Below, one piece after another: positions 38,380-51,335 of a stretch of 64,000 nucleotides of DNA. The first letter of the stretch is position 1, and every line of letters starts with the position of its first letter. The translations under genes and the position numbers were made by a program. The notes beneath the pieces were generated by a model. That model was not told the origin of the DNA, ran no database searches, and saw only the letters and a list, made by a program, of their open reading frames with translations. This stretch comes from Vicugna vicugna. Taxonomy: Eukaryota. The stretch covers positions 7,239,449-7,303,448 of the forward strand of contig MU058423.1 in assembly GCA_013265495.1 (NCBI GenBank), written 5' to 3'.

Positions 38380-41075
38380 GTAATAAAAGGGAATAAGCCA
38401 TAACAGAGGAGGAAACACTTCCCAGTTCAAACTTAGGAGTCCAGCATTGCTTTAACACTAAAATCTGGATAATGTTGGAAGTAAGAAAACTGCAGACCAA
38501 TAGCCCTTATGACCATAGTCCAAAACTCTTTGACAAAATATTAGCAAGTTAATTACAGACATATACAAAAAGGACACTACTTCATAAGCATGTGCTGTGT
38601 ATCTGAGGAATCTGAAGTTGATTCAGTGTTCAAAAACCAATTAATGTAATTCACCATATTTACAGACTAAAAGGAAATCAATGATTATCTCAATAGAAGC
38701 AGAAAAAACATTTGCCAACAAGTTAACTGTTTCAGATTTTTTAAAAATGTATTAAACTAAGCACAGAAGGGAACTTCTTCAAACTGAAAAAGTGAATCTT
38801 GGGAATTGGCATCTGATATTATTCTCCATGGTTTAAGACAATCCTTCCTTCCTAAAATCAAGAACATTTCAAGAATATACATGCTTATCACTTCTGTTCA
38901 AGTTTTATGGAACAGGTGTCATATGGCAGCGCAAAAAGGCAAAAACATAGGTTATAAGACACTATTACACTACACAGTGTAATATGGCAAAGGAAAAAAC
39001 ACAATAAATGGCATAGAGAATGAAAAGGGAGAAAATACATGAATTGTCTGTAGAGAAACAAAAAAACTAATCAAAAAGTCACTAGAATGAATATGTGAGT
39101 TTAGCTAGGTTGCAGAATAAAAGATCAATATACTAAAATTAAATGTATTGTTATATGCTAGCAATGGGAAACCAGAAACTTAAAATAGAGTATCATTTAC
39201 AATAGTATCAAAAACATAAGATCTTAAAGATAAATCTAACAAAATATGTGCAATATGTATGTGCTAAAATTATGATATTAATGAGAGAAATTAAAGATGT
39301 CCTAAATAAACGGAGAGATGCACTGTGTTCACGGATTGGAAGACTTAGTATTCTTAAGATATCAACTCTCCTCAAATTGATCTGAACATATAATAATAAA
39401 AATCTTGGCAAATTTTTGTTATAGATTCAAGCTGATTCAAAAATTTATAAAGAAAAGCAAAAGAACTAGAACAGCCATAACAATTTTGGAAAAGAAGAAC
39501 ACATTTGGAGAACTAACACTACTGATCTCAAGGCTCAAAGCTCAACTAATCTAGTGTGGTTTGGTGTAAGGATTAACAGTGGAAATGAAATGGAGAGTTG
39601 ATAAGTAGAATCATCCATTGTGCACATTGTGGTACAATCCACACAATGACATATTCATACAATAAAATACTATTCAGCAACTTAAAGCTACTGAAATACT
39701 AGTGCATGTGACAGCATGAATGAATATTAATGGTATTTGTGCTAAACTGATCAAAACCCAGGCAGGAGAAGTCCATACTGTGTGTTTCCATTTATATATA
39801 AGCGATTGATTTTCAACTAAGTTGTGAAGGTAGTTCAATGGAAAAATAATAGTATTTTCAACAAATGGTGCTGGAAAAAATAGATATGTTGTGCCAAACA
39901 ACGAAACACAACTCAACATATACCTTGCACCATAGGAAAACATGCAAATAGTAACTTGAATGACACCCTAAATGTAAAAATCTATAACTATAAAACTTTT
40001 CAGAGAAAACAGGGAGAAGTCTTTGTGACTTTGAGTTAGGCATACATTTTTCATATAGGAAACAATGTATATTGGAAAAGAAAAAGCTGATCATTTGGGT
40101 TTCATTAGAATAATAAAATGTCTGTTCTTCAAAATTTCCTCTAAAGAAAATTAACAAACAAGCTACAGACTGGGAAAAATATTTGCAAACCATATATCTG
40201 ATAAGGTTCTTGCAACCAAAATATATAAAGAATCTTGAAATTCAATAATAAAAATACAAAGAAGCCATTATTAAAGTGGAAAAATATTTGCACAGACACA
40301 TAAAGAATAAATACAAAAGTAAATAGGCACTTTAAAAGATATTTAGCATTATTAGTTATAAAGATAATGCACATCAGACCCACAGTGGGATACCATCACA
40401 GACCTACTAGGATGGCTTCAATTAAAACGACAACAACAACAAACAAAAACAGGCAACTGAAACTGGATCTCCTGTAGGTTGTAATATAAAAATGGTACAG
40501 CTATGCTGGAAAAAAATTTGCAGTTTCTTATAAAGTTAAATGTTCACTTGAACTCTTGCAAATCAACCTATCCCACTCCAAGAATTTATGCAAGTGAAAT
40601 GAAAATATATATCCACACCTGTTCATGAATATTTATAGAAATTTTGTTTATAATAGCTCAAAACTAGAAATTCAGATGTCTATCAAACAGCAAACAGATA
40701 ACCAGACTAAAATATCCAACAGTGAAATACTATTCAGCAATAAAATTATTGAATTACTGATTCATGCAACAGTATAGATGAATATCAATAGCATTATGTT
40801 ATGTGATTGAACCTAGACAGAAAAAGCACATACTGCTTGTTTCCATTTCTAAAATATTCTAGAAAGGGTAAAACTATAGGAATAGAAATCAGATCAGTGA
40901 TTTACAGGGCTGAGAATGGGGAAAAAGTAACAGAAAGAACATTTTTAGGCGAATGAACTATTTTATCTTGATTGTATTAATGAGTTCTTAACTATATGCA
41001 TTTGTCAAAACTTATTTAGTTGTACATCTAAATATGATGCATTTTAAGTTATACAAATTATTCCTTAATAACATT
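38380..41075 (+). mobile_element. Old L1 (L1M-type) ORF2 RT region through 3' UTR, ~2.7 kb
   Basis: gattatctcaatagaagcagaaaaaacatttg; tgttcacggattggaagacttagtatt; ttcaacaaatggtgctggaaaa; aaatcagatcagtgatttacagggctg. Confidence 0.92.
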
Positions 41076-41117
41076 TGACCTAGGAAAAAATAATTATTTT
41101 TAAATGTTTACAAAAAG

Positions 41118-41960
41118 ATTAATTGGGTCCCATTTGTTTATTTTTGCTTTTGTTTTTATTGCCTGGGTAGACTGCCCTAGGAGAACATTGCTAAAATTTA
41201 TGTCAGATAATGTTTTGCCTATGTTTTCTTCTAAGAGGTTTATAGTGTCTTGACTTAAGTTTAAGTCTTTAAGTGATTTTGAGTTTATTTTTGTGTAAGG
41301 TGTGGAGTGTTCTAACTTCATTGATTTACATGCAGCTGTTTTCCCAACACCATTTGCTGAAGGGACTGGCTTTACTCCATTGTATATTCTTGCCTCCTTT
41401 GTCAAAGATTAATTGACCAAAAGCCTGTGGGTTTGTTTCTGGGCTCTCTCTTCTGTTCCATTGATCCATATGTCTGTTTTTGTATCAATACCAAATGTCT
41501 GTTTTGATGACTGTAGCTCTGTAGTATTGTCTGAAGTCTGGGAGGGTTGGGAAAGTTATGCCTCCAGCTTTGATCTTTTTCTTCAGTATGGCTTTGGCAA
41601 TTCTGGGTCTTTTGTGATTCCATATAAATTTGAGGATTATTTGTTCTAATTTTGTGAAAAAATGTCCTGGGTAATTTGATAGGGATTACATGAAATCTGT
41701 AGATTGCTTTGGGTAGTAGGGCCATTTTAACAATATTAATTCTCCCAATCCAAGAACATGGGTTATCTTTCCATTTCTTTAAGTCATCTTTAATTTCCTT
41801 AGTCAATGTTTTGTAGTTCACCGTGTATAAGTCTTTCACTTCCTTGGTCAGATTTATTCCTAAGTATTTTACTTTTCTGGATGCAATTTTAAAGGGGATT
41901 ATTTCTTTATTTTCCTTTTATGATATTTCATTGTTAGTGTAAACAAATGCAACTGATTTC
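41118..41960 (-). mobile_element. Inverted 5' segment of a twin-primed young L1 (ORF2)
   Basis: ORFs 41402-41839 and 41100-41405 give L1 ORF2 peptides ([43 protein letters not shown]). Confidence 0.95.
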
Positions 41961-43076
41961 AAGAACTAATTAAACTTTTATGCTTTTGCACAGCAAAGGA
42001 AACCATAAGCAAAACAAAAAGACAACTTTCAGAATGGGAGAAAATATTTGCAAATGATCCAACTGACAAGGGCTTTATTTTCAGAATATATAAATAGCTC
42101 ACACAACTTAATAACAACAAAAAAAAAACAACCCAATCCAAAAATGGGCAGAAGACCTAAACAAGCATTTCTCCAATGGAGACACACAAATGGCCAATAC
42201 GCACGTAAAAAAATGCTCAATATTGCTAACTATCAGAGAAACGCAAAGCAAAACTACAATGAAGTATCACCTCACATGAGTCAGAATGGCCATCATTCAA
42301 AAGTTCACAAGTGATAAATGCTGGAGAGGGTGTGGAGAAAAAGGAACCCTCCTAGACAGTTGGTGGGCATATAGTTTGGTGCAGCTGGTATGGAAAACAG
42401 TGTGGAGATTCCTTCAAAAACTAAAAATAGTCTTACCATATGACCCAGCAATCCCACTCCTGGGCATATATCTCCAAAGGAAACTTTAATTCAAAAAGAT
42501 ACATGCACCCCAATGTTCACAGAAACACTGTTTATAGTAGCCAAGACAAAGAAACAACCTAAATGTCCATCGAAAGATGACTGGATAAAGAAGTCGTGGT
42601 ATATTTTATACAATGGAATACTACTTAGTGATTAAAAAAAAGAATAAAATAATGCCATTTGCAGCAACATGGATGGACCTAGAGATTGTCATTCTAAATG
42701 AAGTAAGCCAGAAAGAGAAATAAAAATGTCATATGATATCACTTATATGTGGACTCTAAAAATAGACAAATGAGCTTATTTATAAAACAGAAACAGACTC
42801 ACAGACATAGAAAACAAACTTATGGTCACCAGGGAGGGAGGGGATGGGAAAGGATACATTGGGAGTGTGAGATTTGCAGATACTAACTACTATATATAAA
42901 ATGGACAAACAAGTTTATACTGTTTAGCTAGGGAACTATATTCAATATCTTGTAGTAACCAATAATAAAAAAAGAATATGAAAAGGAATATATGTATGTA
43001 CATGTATGACTGAACTATTATGCTGTACACCAGAAATTGACTCAATATTGTAAACTGACTATAAAAAATAACTTAA
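41961..43076 (+). mobile_element. Sense 3' segment of the same twin-primed L1
   Basis: ORF2 C-terminus ([11 protein letters not shown]...WKTVWRFL...LPYDPAIPLLGIY), 3' UTR, A-rich tail; TSD aaatgtttacaaaaag at 41102-41117 and 43077-43092. Confidence 0.95.
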
Positions 43077-45739
43077 AAATGTTTACAAAAAGGAAATAGA
43101 GCAACTCCATATATTGATAGAAGAAACTTTGTAAGATGGTATAATGAGTATTTTTAGTGCTACATGGTCCATTCATATCTTCATCTGTTACAGAATTCTT
43201 GTCTGTAGTCTTCTTCTGTCAGCTCCCTAGGTACCTTGTTTTCTGTGAACACAGTCGTCTAAGACTGTGTTTGTAATGTGGAGGGAAGGGGGTTGGGAGT
43301 GGTAAACCTTATGCCACTGTTGTGTCTCCCACCTTGAGTTTACGAAGCTTGACAATTAAGGAACCTTTATATTCATCCTACTTAGATCCTGCCTTTTCCT
43401 AAGAACTATAATGCTTGTTTATAATCACCAAACTGAGGCTGTGAATGGGGAACCGAGGAGGAACCTGTTGTCGCACCTCTTGGTGATCCCTATTCCAGTT
43501 GATCGTTAGTGCCCCCTGCTGGTTTTTAGCAGGAAGGCCCCCCTTTTTTTTCTCTCCTTTCAGTGGTGACTGGGAAGACAACAATCCACCAATGGCAGGG
43601 CAGGAAAGAAATATGAAAATGAATACACAATTCTCCCTCAAATTATACTAATCTTTCTATGGCATCTCCTGGATTTTACTGTGGGAGGGAACTAGCAGTT
43701 ACTTCACCACTTTTTCAAGAAAAGAAACTGTATGAGCACTCAAATGGAAAAAACAGTTAAAATTGGGTTATCCCTGACTCTAGAAAGTCAGCTCTTAACA
43801 TAACAAACTAGATGAAGCATTGTGTACTGATGTGACAAGTTAGATTTTCTCTAATAAATTCACTCACCTATCTTTATTTAATATATCTCATATTCTTTCT
43901 GTTACATCAGAATCTTTCAGAAGAATTTAATTGAAGTGAATAAGATTGAAACAAAAAAAATCAAATATATTGCAAAGATAGTGTTCATATAATTTTGTTG
44001 CTGGTTTTGTATATCCCAGCGAAGTTTAGAATTCAAGTCTAAGCACATATATTCTTAAGTCTAGAGTCCTTTATCATATGAGTTATTAATTAGCTAATTG
44101 AAACAGCTTCTTAATATCAACTTGATTTCTCTTAGATTGGATCTCTTAGCCAAGCAAATGTCATTCCCTAGACTACTGTCTGGTTTGAAAATACACTTTT
44201 GTATTACCACAACCACATCATTTTAGTTGGCTTCAAGAATATAAAATACCCTTCTCAATAGTTTAATAAATTCCAACACATTTTTTTCTTTTTAAGGATT
44301 TCAAATATTACAATGACCTTTGCTAAAATAACTTAACCTTTCTGCTATACAGTGTATCTAAATGAGTTCATACCAACTTTCTTATATCAATAAGTCTTCC
44401 TTGTCTCAATCTTTTAACATTGAAATTATACTCTAAATAACCTTAACTTTATACCTCATTATTATTAATAGAAGAATGCAGCACATTGAATTACATTTTT
44501 CTTTTACCAGTGAAATGTTTTGAGATTTAATTTTTCAAGACTCAAGGGCATCATTTGGAAATTGGCTTCTTTCACAAACCTATTTGTGAATATTATTCCT
44601 TCTTTTCCAATTTGCAGTATAGCAAGTTTTTTTCCCATGCCTGTGATTGTAATCACATAACATTTTGATTTTAGCATCAAAAGTAGGTCTACATATTTCC
44701 TACAGATTGCAGACCATGATTAAATTAGTCCTATAGGCTTAAATGATCCCAGGTTTTATTTTAGCAAATGTGTTGGGGAGACAGCCTGCAAGAAAAGGTG
44801 AAGTCCATGGGGGCAGGGCCCTCCCAGATGCCTAAGAAGGGGGCAGGTTCCCTCTCCTCTCCCCTCTTCCTTCCCAATCTAGAGGGATCTGGGGAGAGAT
44901 ATAGGCAGGGGAGAGAGCTGTCCCCAGTCTGTAGGAGCAGTGCTTGGGATAAAGGACTGTGGAGAATAAGGCAACAGAACAGGGATGAGTAGCTAAAAGG
45001 GTGACTAATGTTTAGAATGAGAGAAATAGACAATCAGGAAACAGTTAAAAATTTAAAACTTGTGCAATAATATTAGCAATTTTTACTTTTTGAAGTTGCA
45101 ATAAATTCTCCGCTAACATAGTTGACTCTCTAATGCCATGCCTGATGGTTAAAACTTCATTATCAGTACTCTTATAAGAAACGCTTAGGGAAATTATAAA
45201 ATAAATGTAGTTCTAATGAAATTTAATTTTATTCCAATAATTTAAATATAACAGAAAACAATAAGTGCGCATTCATGATTCCTGGGGCAGAGATATGAAG
45301 TTAGTTGAATTATTTTGGTGTTTCCCAAGGACAAGTTTCTGTTTGGACTGGCAGGGTGCAAGACATTTAGGTCAGAAGAAACTAACCTTCTCCAGCAATT
45401 CCAAGGTCAAGAGTCTAAACATGTCTCCCAGTCCAGCTCTTGACTCAACTTCTAGACGGGTAGGGACATCCCTTATATCTAACATATTGAGCCACTCCTA
45501 CAGGATTAAATCGGAGCCAGCAAATTAAGACTCTAAAATGGATCTGAATTTTTTTTTAACAAAAAAAAGTCTTTTTATTTTAGGCTATTATTTATTTGTT
45601 CAAATAAGAAAACAGAAGGGAAATCCTATGACCTTGAGAATGTCAATACCATTGAGATTCAGCAGCCTTCTTTTAACATGGAGATTATAAAATGCTGTAT
45701 TTATGACATGCAAGTCAAAGTTAGACTGCAAACTACTTG

Positions 45740-45870
45740 TGCAAGCGCTGGGCTTCAGTGGACTCTGGAACTGAATTGCCTGAATTTAAAGTCAGGTTTT
45801 CACCTTTTAATCATCAAGTGAATTTGTGAAATTAGTTCATCTTTCTGTGCTTCAATTTCCTTATGTAGTA
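45740..45870 (+). mobile_element. MIR fragment
   Basis: ggactctggaactgaattgcctgaatttaaagtc...ctttctgtgcttcaatttcctta. Confidence 0.65.
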
Positions 45871-46299
45871 ATTTTAAGCTTATTTCTGGTTAAAAAAAAA
45901 AACGTAAGAAATATTCCACTGATAAGTTTATCGAATTTTAGAGATTACGCCTGATTCATTTATATAATTGTCACATCTCTTATTGTTTTTTACACATAAT
46001 GGAGTTAATAAAATTTCAAACTAAAAATTAAAATGAAATCTTCAATAGATGTTCTCTAAAATTTGAAATAATTCAGTATAATTGTATAAGTCTTCCTTTA
46101 GAGGAATACAATTGAATTTTTTTAATAACTCAAAAGAAGTCAATAGTGTACAATTGACCAAACTGCATATAGCTTATTATTAAAATCCTTCTAGTTTTTA
46201 CAGGCTGGACTGAAGTTAGAATAATATTGAGATATACACTCTTATATAAATTTGTACACAAATGTGTGTATATAAAATATATATGATATATAAATATAA

Positions 46300-46450
46300 T
46301 TGTTTACTTAACCCTCACAAAAATTCCTCAAGTCAATTTTATTTTATTGATAAGGCCACTTGAGCCCTTCAGATGTTAAATAATTTCCCCAACGTTTCCC
46401 AGCTGGTTAGTGAAAGACCCAAAATTTAAAATCAGCAGCAAAACATCTGC
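46300..46450 (-). mobile_element. MIR fragment
   Basis: ttaaccctcacaa...gatgttaaataatttccccaacgtttcccagctggttagtg. Confidence 0.6.
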
Positions 46451-47528
46451 TGGAACATATTTGTGTTAATATTGTACTCCTCTGCCTCTTGCATAATTTA
46501 CACAATGTGGGCTTTGAAACCTTTGAAAACTGGAATCGGTTTTGACTGAAGTAAATTCTGAAAAGGAGGAAAAGAGTAATCTTATTCAAAGAGATCAAGT
46601 TTGTAGTAAGTTGGTACGGGAGAGTCAGAATGCAGACTCTGTGTTCTTCCTTCTCAACCTTCACACTATATTTACCTCAACTATAAAATGAAGATATTAC
46701 TAGGACTTTCCTCATAAAGTAATGCTAAACCTGTAAGAGAAAAGACGCGTATATATTCGTATATTGGTGCATACATATATGTACATTTACATGTGTGTCT
46801 ATATTGTGACACTGCCTGCTGCCACATAATAAAGGCAGTAAATGTTGATACTGAATTGGGTTTATAATTTTTATGATAGTCTGGTTTACACATTGACTGT
46901 GTTATTAAAATAGCTTTTTAAATTCAGAAACTAATCTGAAAGGGGCCATTTTTATGTTGAAATTCAGTTAATATTGGTCTGAAGTATGTGTCATAACCTA
47001 CAATGGAAGCTGTTTTCGCAATGGGTGTTTTGCAAAGGACAAAATACCTTTAAGCCACAACCATGTGGCAATTAAGAGCATCAGTAACAGCAATAGAGCT
47101 ATAAAGAAAAATGGCTGCATTTCAGAGCCCCCAAAAAGGCCCCCAAAGAGGCTGTGAAATGTACAGGAAACTCCAGAGAATCATGCTTCTATGAGGCATA
47201 CTGGAACAAAAAGAACAAGGGTGATTTTGTTTTAGTACTTTTAAGGCACACAAAAAATGAAGTGGTGGGGAAAGGGGACCTAGGTGAAAGCAATCATGGA
47301 GTTGTCAAGCAGATCCAAGAGCGGCTGAGGTGGTGGAGGTGGTTGGAAATGCAGAGCAAGACCAAACTGTAGGGCTGCGGTGGAACATTGGTATTTGTGA
47401 AAGCAGGAGCTAACACAAAGGTAGGTGAATGGGACCAGAGTCTGAAATGACTCTTCTCACTCAAGGCAGGGGCACTAGCTACCGTAGTGGTACCAGCTTG
47501 AAGGGCTTCATACCCACTTTGATCAAGA

Positions 47529-47764
47529 AGTGAGATTTGCAGATACTAACTAATATATATAAAATAGAAAAACAACAAGTTTATGCAGTATTGCACAGGG
47601 AACTATATTTGACATCTTGTAGTAACTTATGGTGAAAAAGAATATGAAAACAAGTATGTATATGTTCATGTATGACTTAAGCATTGCACTGTACACCAGA
47701 AATTGACACAACATTGTAAATTGACTATACTTCAATAAATACATATACCAAAAAAAAAAAAAAA
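47529..47764 (+). mobile_element. Young L1 3' UTR end with poly(A)
   Basis: gagatttgcagatactaac...gtacaccagaaattgacacaacattgtaaattgactatacttcaataaa, A tail; similar to 42868-43065. Confidence 0.92.
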
Positions 47765-47989
47765 CTGACATTTCCCTGAGTCAGAACTGGTAACAAGTAA
47801 GGATAGGTGGCAAGACAGTGGCTTAGAAAAGGAAGTCAACATCAACTATAAACCATGTGGAAAAGAGTATACATTGGAGAAGGAGTTCTTCAATCACTAA
47901 TCAGGAATAGTCACATACAATTTATGGAATGACCTCAGCAGGTAATCCAGAATCAGGGCTATGAGGGATAAACTTCCAGCTGAAGTGAT

Positions 47990-48083
47990 TAGGGTGACCA
48001 GATAGCCCAGTTTGCCTAGCACTTTGATGATTTTAGTGCAGAAAACCCCATGTCCGGGAAAACCAGGAAGGTTGGTCACTCTG
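47990..48083. mobile_element. hAT-Blackjack MITE (MER81/MER94-like)
   Basis: TIRs tagggtgacca...tggtcactctg; ~95 bp with internal fold-back character. Confidence 0.75.
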
Positions 48084-48329
48084 AACACTGGTGACTAAAA
48101 GACAATGCAGAAAAGTAAATGGTAGCTTAAAAGAGAAGGCATGACTTGGCCAAAACCAGAGAACAGTGCACAGTGGTGGCAGTGACAGAATTTTTTCTTC
48201 TATAAAAAGAGGGATGGCAGAACGTTATCTCCTTCATAGGTCTAGTGGTTGTGTTGTCTGGAATTAGATCACTCCTTTTAGTAAGAAGAGTGTCAAAAAG
48301 ATTTTGTAGATATATTTTAACAGTCACAG

Positions 48330-50400
48330 GACTCTTTTGCTCACTACATTTCAGAGATACGTCAGTGCTTTTCTGTGTATAAGTATTCTGAGCCTTTTTC
48401 ATTGCTGGGTAGTATTCTAGCATCTAGATACATCACAATCTGTTTATCCATTCATTTGTTAATGAAAGTCCTAATTGTTTCCAGTTTGAGGTGTTTATGA
48501 ATAGTGCTGCTCTAAACACTTATGCAAAGGCATTGTATGACATGTTTTTATTTCCCTTAGGGAACTATAATAATGTATATAGTCAATGTCTCTTGAATCA
48601 CATAGAAAATTTTAATCTTAGAAGGGACTGCCAAATTATTTTCCCAAACAATTTTGCCATTTTACATTCCTATCAGTTTCAGTTGCCTCACATCTTCATC
48701 AATATTTGGTACCGTGGGTGTGTAACAGTACCTCATTGAGGTTTTAATTTCATTTTTCTGCAAACTTATGCTGTTGAGCTTCTTTTTATGTCCTTATCAG
48801 CCATCTTCTTTTATCAAATGTCTGTTCAAATATTTTGTCCATTTTTTTAATGATTTATCTTATCATGAAGTTTTAATATGTGTTTACATATTTGGGGTAC
48901 ACGCTGTCAAATATAAACACTGAAAAATGTTTTCTCCCAATCTATGGATTGTTTATTCATTTTTATTGATGCCTTTGAATATCAGAAGTTTTTAATAATT
49001 GATATGTAATTCATTATTTAAGAAAAATGTGTTTAGCTCTGGTCTGAGAAATCTTTGTTTAAACCAATCTGGCAATTATTTTCTCTTTCAGTTTTCTTAG
49101 TTGACATGTAGTTTCAGCTTTTCATGTAAGTCTACCATCCGTTTCAAAAGGATTTTTGTGCATGGAGGGAGGTATGTTTGGAGGTTTATTTTTCTCCTCT
49201 GGATATCAAGTTTTTTCATCATTTCAGAAAACTTTAATCATTTTGTGTAGAATTTCTCTGGCACTGCCAAATACACACAACACACAGACACACAGACACA
49301 CACACATCATTTTTCTGACTGTCTAGTTTACTTCAACAGTTTGTACATTGGTTTATACATCTACTCTTACACCAGTACCACACTATACAGATTATGGTAG
49401 CTCTAAATTAAGTCTTTAATTAATACTAAAAATTACTTTGACTGTTCTACATCCTTTACATTTCCATATGAATTTTAAATCAAATATGTTTCCAGCTAAA
49501 AAAAAAACCCAAAATCCATGGGGTTTTGATTGGATTAGTATTGAACGTCTAAATCATTCTAGAGAGAACAGAGATAATGACACTCAAGTGAGTAGTGCTG
49601 CATTGTCCATTTTCAAGTACCTGGGGATTTTTCCTGTGGATCTTATTGTTATTGGTTGAAAATTTAATTCCATTTTGGTTATAAAATATACTCAGTATGA
49701 TGCCAATCCTTTTAAACTCCTGGAGACTTGTTTTATGGCCCATCTTCATGAATATTCCATGTTCACTTGAAAAGGATGTATACCCTGTCATTGCTGGTTG
49801 TAGTGTTATATAAATGTCAATTAGGTTAAGTTGGTTTGAGTGTGATGTTCATTTCTTCTATATCTGTATTGATTTTCTGTCTACCTGTGTTTTCAATGTC
49901 TGAGGAAAAAAAAATGTTAAAATCTCAAACCATAATTGTGAATGTTTCCATTTATCTTTTTAGTCCTGTCATTTTTTTGTTTCGTGCATTTTGAAACATA
50001 GTTGTTAGGTACATAAACATAAATGTTTGAAATGGTTATGGACTCTTGATAAATTCTTGTTATCATTAAGAAATATCCTTCTTTATTTCTAGTGATGTTT
50101 CTTGTTCTGCTATCTATTCTGTTTAATATTAATAAAGACACTACAGCTTACTTATTGTTAGTATTTACATATACATCTTTTCCAGTTTTTTACTCTAAAC
50201 TGATCTGTGTGTTTTTATTTAAAGGACATATCTCTTAGGCAGCATTTTGTTGTGCTTTATTCTTTTATCCATTCTGATAATCTCAGTCTTTTATTTAGAT
50301 TAACCATGCTATTCTTTTATCCATTCTGATAATCTCAGTCTTTTATTTAGATTAACCATGCATATTTAATGCAATTATTAATATATCTGAATTTACACCT
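48330..50400 (-). mobile_element. Old L1 (L1ME-like) fragments, 3' UTR through ORF2 5' region
   Basis: ctgtttatccattcatttgttaatgaa; cctttacatttccatatgaattttaaatca; tataaatgtcaattaggttaagttggtt. Confidence 0.85.
50258..50361. repeat. Perfect 52-bp tandem duplication
   Basis: tattcttttatccattctgataatctcagtcttttatttagattaaccatgc x2. Confidence 0.97.
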
Positions 50401-50795
50401 ACAGTGACGTGGCATTTACTAGTCATTATGAATTTTTCTCTTGACAGATGCCAATCCTAAATTTTAGGTTATCCTCACATTTAAATAATTTTCATTACTC
50501 CACGGTGTCATGATCTGTCCAGTGCTAGGACTGATGACTCATTCATGTTTGCCAGGAAGCATCCTCAACTTCCAACTATTCACAGTGTTTTCTACTGCTG
50601 CTTCCTCACTATCTTTTTGCCTTGGAAATTTCTACTTAATTTACAAGATTCATCTTTTAGGAAATTTCCTATAAGAAGTATATTAAGATCTGCCAAGTCT
50701 GATTTTGGCCCTCCATGTTTCTATGGTGTGCTGTATTTCTGTTTCTTTCACTAGCACTTATCACATTTTCCTTGCTTTTCTTTGTTTCTTTCTTT

Positions 50796-50797
<2 letters not shown>

Positions 50798-50850
<53 letters not shown>

Positions 50851-50896
50851 TTTGTTTTTTTTGTTTTTTGTGTGTTTTTTATAATAATATTTTTTT
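50798..50896 (+). repeat. Poly(T) tract (T51 at 50798-50848) and T-rich low-complexity run
   Basis: Directly visible; abuts gap. Confidence 0.9.
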
Positions 50897-50951
50897 NNNN
50901 NNNNNNNNNNNNNNNNNNNNNNNNNNNNNNNNNNNNNNNNNNNNNNNNNNN
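50897..50951. other. Assembly gap (55 N)
   Basis: Run of N. Confidence 1.
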
Positions 50952-51335
50952 AGTATTAGTCTGTTCAGGTTTCCATAATAGATGCCCACTGACTAGGTGG
51001 CTTAAATAATAGAAATCTATTTTCTCGCAGTTTTGGAAGCTAGAAGTCCGAGATTAAGATGCCGGCAGGGCGGGTTTCTGGTGTGACCTCCTCTCCTGGC
51101 TTGCAGACCACTACTTTCTCTTTGTCCTGAGATGGTATTTCTTCTGTGTGTACACATTTCTGGTATCTCTTCCTCTTTTTATAAGGGCATCAGTCATATT
51201 GGTTTGGGGCCCACTCTTTTGAACTCACTTAATCTTAATTACCTCCTTAAAGACCCTGTCTCTAAATACAGTCACATTGAGGATTAGAGCAGTAACAGAT
51301 GAATTTGTAGGGGTGACAAGATTCAATCCGTAACA
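50952..51335 (-). mobile_element. MaLR LTR (MLT1B-like)
   Basis: gtattagtc...ggaagctagaagtccgagattaagatgccggcaggg...aaatacagtcacattgagg...caatccgtaaca. Confidence 0.9.

Noticed and set aside
41402..42489. L1 as an active element
   Set aside because: 5'-truncated, inverted and frameshifted; lacks promoter, ORF1 and endonuclease domain
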